Part shown: positions 61,661-64,000 of the stretch, one piece after another
How positions within the stretch are numbered: position 1 is the first letter of the stretch
Layout: the number at the start of each line of letters is the position of its first letter
Assembly: GCA_052327205.1 (NCBI GenBank)
Contig: CM126205.1
Location: 319,424,001 to 319,488,000, forward strand
Direction of reading: 5' to 3'
From: Somniosus microcephalus
Lineage: Eukaryota
Length of the DNA stretch: 64,000 nt
Program-made: the position numbers and the translations under genes
Notes under the pieces: generated by a model
Told to the model about the DNA's origin: nothing
Seen by the model: only the letters and a program-made list of their open reading frames with translations
The model's database searches: none

Positions 61661-62008
61661 AGCACGGTGGCATAGTGGTTAGCACTGTTGCCTCACAGCG
61701 CCAGGGACCCGGGTTCGAATCCGGCCTCGGGTGACTGTCTGTGTGGAGTTTGCACATTCTCCCCGTGTTTGCGTGGGTTTCCTCCGGGTGCTCCGGTTTC
61801 CCCCCACAGTCCAAAGATGTGCAGGTTAGGTTGATTGGCTATGATAAAAATTGACCCTTAGTGTTAGGGGGATTAAATAAGTGGGGTTACTGGGATATGT
61901 GTTTGTGTAGGGGTTACGGGGATCGGGTGGGATATGTGTCGGTGCAGGCTCGATGGGCCGAAATGGCCTCTATCTGCACTGTGGGGTTTCTGTTTCTGTG
62001 ATTCTGTG
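61661..62008 (+). mobile_element. HE1 V-SINE
   Basis: tRNA head with B-box GGTTCGAATCC, V-domain and CR1-like tail. Confidence 0.88.
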
Positions 62009-62202
62009 AACCAACATGACTAAAACTGATTAGCGAGTTATTATCACGTTGCTGTTTGCGGGGCCTTGCTGTGCACCAATTGGCTGCCTTGTGTATCGTG
62101 CAGCGTCCCTGCATTAGTGGGAGCATACAGCAGGTCCACCAGCAGCTATTAAAAAGATGAACATAGAGCATCATTTTTCATAGGAGAGTGCCTTCCTTTA
62201 AC

Positions 62203-62655
62203 GCTGACCTACATTGGCTCCCGATCCGGCAACGCCTCAATTTTAAAATTCTCATCCTTGTTGTCAAATCTCTCCATGGCCTCGTCCCCTCCCTATCTCT
62301 GTGACCTCCTCCAGCCCCACAACCCCCCGAGATATCAGCGCTCCTCCAATTCTGGCCTCTTGCACACTCCTGATTTTTGTCGCTCCACCATTGGTGGCCG
62401 TGCCTTCTGTTGCCGAGGCCCTAAGCTCTGGAAATCCCTCCCTAAACCTCTCTGTGTCTCTACCTCTCCGCCTCTCTCTCTCCTCCTTTAAGATGCTCCC
62501 TAGAACCTACCTCTTTGACCAAGCTTGTGGTCACCTCTCCCTAATATCTCCTTCTGTGGCTCGGTGTCAACTGTTGTTTGATAATCGCTCCTGCGAAGCA
62601 CCTTGGGAAGTTTTTATTACATTAAAGGCGCTATATAAATACAAGTTGTTGCTGG
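62203..62655 (+). mobile_element. L2 3' tail
   Basis: Starts GCTGACCTACATTGGCTCCC and ends AAGTTGTTG, as in other copies. Confidence 0.8.
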
Positions 62656-63034
62656 TTTTGCGCCTGAAAACTTAATGGGGGAACATTTTGAGTCTGGGCG
62701 CTGGAGTGAAACAAGCAATACTGGATCAGCCACCCATTACACACGTCTCTATTGAAATCAATGGAAATGATACTGGGAGACCGTTCCAATGTTGCCCAAA
62801 GTCACAATGTCCCTCAACCAGTCTTTCTCTTTTCAGGTGCTGACTGACCTGCTCTGTATTTGCAGCACTGAATGTTTTTGATTTTGGATATACATTTTGT
62901 TCTCTATTCACCTTTACGGCTGCCATCCCATGTCCGCCAGTAATTGGATTGAAGTTGGCTCTTAAACTCATTTCACTTAGGGCCCTTACTGGCAGGCTTT
63001 CATTCCATTAGTCGGAGCTGGGTTGAAGTTGGAT

Positions 63035-64000
63035 TAGAATACAAGGAGGTAGAAGTTATGCTGCAGCTGTACAAAACCCTGGTTAGACCACACCTGGAGT
63101 ACTGTGGGCCGTTCTGGGCACCACACCTTAGGAAGGATATATTGGCCTTGGAGTGAGTGCAGCGTAGGTTTACCAGAATGATACCCGGACTCCGAGGGTT
63201 AAGTTACGAGGAGAGATTACACAAATTAGGGTTGTGTTCCCTAGAATTTAGAAGGTTAAGGGGTGATCTGATCGAAGTTTTCAAGATATTAAGGGGAACA
63301 GATAGGGTAGAATCATAGAATCATAGAATGGTTACAGCACAGAAGGAGGCCATTCGGCCCGTCGAGCCCGTGCCGGCTCTCTGCTAGAGCACTTCAGCTA
63401 GTCCCACTCCCCCGCCCTTTCCCTGTAGCCCTGCAAATTTCTTTCCTTCAGATACTTATCCAACTCCCTTTTGAAAGCCGTGATTGAATCTGCCTCCACC
63501 ACGCTCTCGGGCAGTACATTCCAGATCCTAACCACTCGCTGCGTAAAAAAGTTTTTTCTTACGTCGCCTTTGGTTCTTTTGCCAATCACCTTAAATCTGT
63601 GTCCTCTGGTTCTCGACCCTTCAGCCAATGGGAACAGTTTCTCTCTATCTACTCTGTCCAGACCCCTCATGATTTTGAACACCTCTATCAAATCTCTTCT
63701 CAACCTTCTCTGCTCCATGGAGAACAACCCCAGCTTCTCCAGTCTATCAACTTAACTGAAGTCTCTCATTCCTGGAATCATTCTCGTAAATCTTTTCTGC
63801 ACCCTCTCTAAAGCCTTCACATCCTTCCTAAAGTGCGGTGCCCAGAATGGACACAATACTCCAGTTGAGGCCGAACCAGTGTTTTATAAAGGTTCATCAT
63901 AATTTCCACACTTTTGTACTCTATACCTCTATTTATGAAGCCCAGGATCCTGTAAGCCTTTTTAACCACTTTCTCAACCTGCCCTGCCACCTTCAACGAT
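63035..64000. mobile_element. Two CR1 fragments in opposite orientation (+ 63035-63310; - 63310-64000)
   Basis: CR1 ORF2 C-terminal motifs on each strand; (ATAGAATC)n tail at the junction. Confidence 0.85.

Noticed and set aside
61661-61735. tRNA genes (also 41385 and 40195)
   Set aside because: These are tRNA-derived SINE heads that continue into V or Deu domains.

Overview
Repeat-dense vertebrate genomic DNA, most likely from a cartilaginous fish (shark), judged from HE1 V-SINEs, SacSINE1-like DeuSINEs and abundant CR1, L2, RTE and Penelope fragments. No intact host gene could be supported. The main content is three related Ty3/Gypsy (Mag-like) LTR retrotransposons, each with both LTRs and a 5-bp TSD. 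Element 1 (3564-8820) is near intact and element 2 (29066-34045) is decayed. Element 3 (55533-60363) has apparently identical LTRs but has lost RT/RNaseH/integrase. In their place it carries about 550 codons of open coiled-coil cargo fused behind Gag-protease; from memory the cargo resembles rearranged ANKRD24 pieces plus a DNAJC21-type C2H2 finger and a basic tail. All three elements have a stop codon at the same protease/RT boundary, with pol (or its remnant) in frame, which suggests programmed readthrough. Also present: solo LTRs with CTCF-like motifs, Penelope minimal hammerhead ribozymes, MITEs, four tandem arrays, a four-level nested insertion and two N gaps. All homology calls are by eye and from memory; no database search was run.
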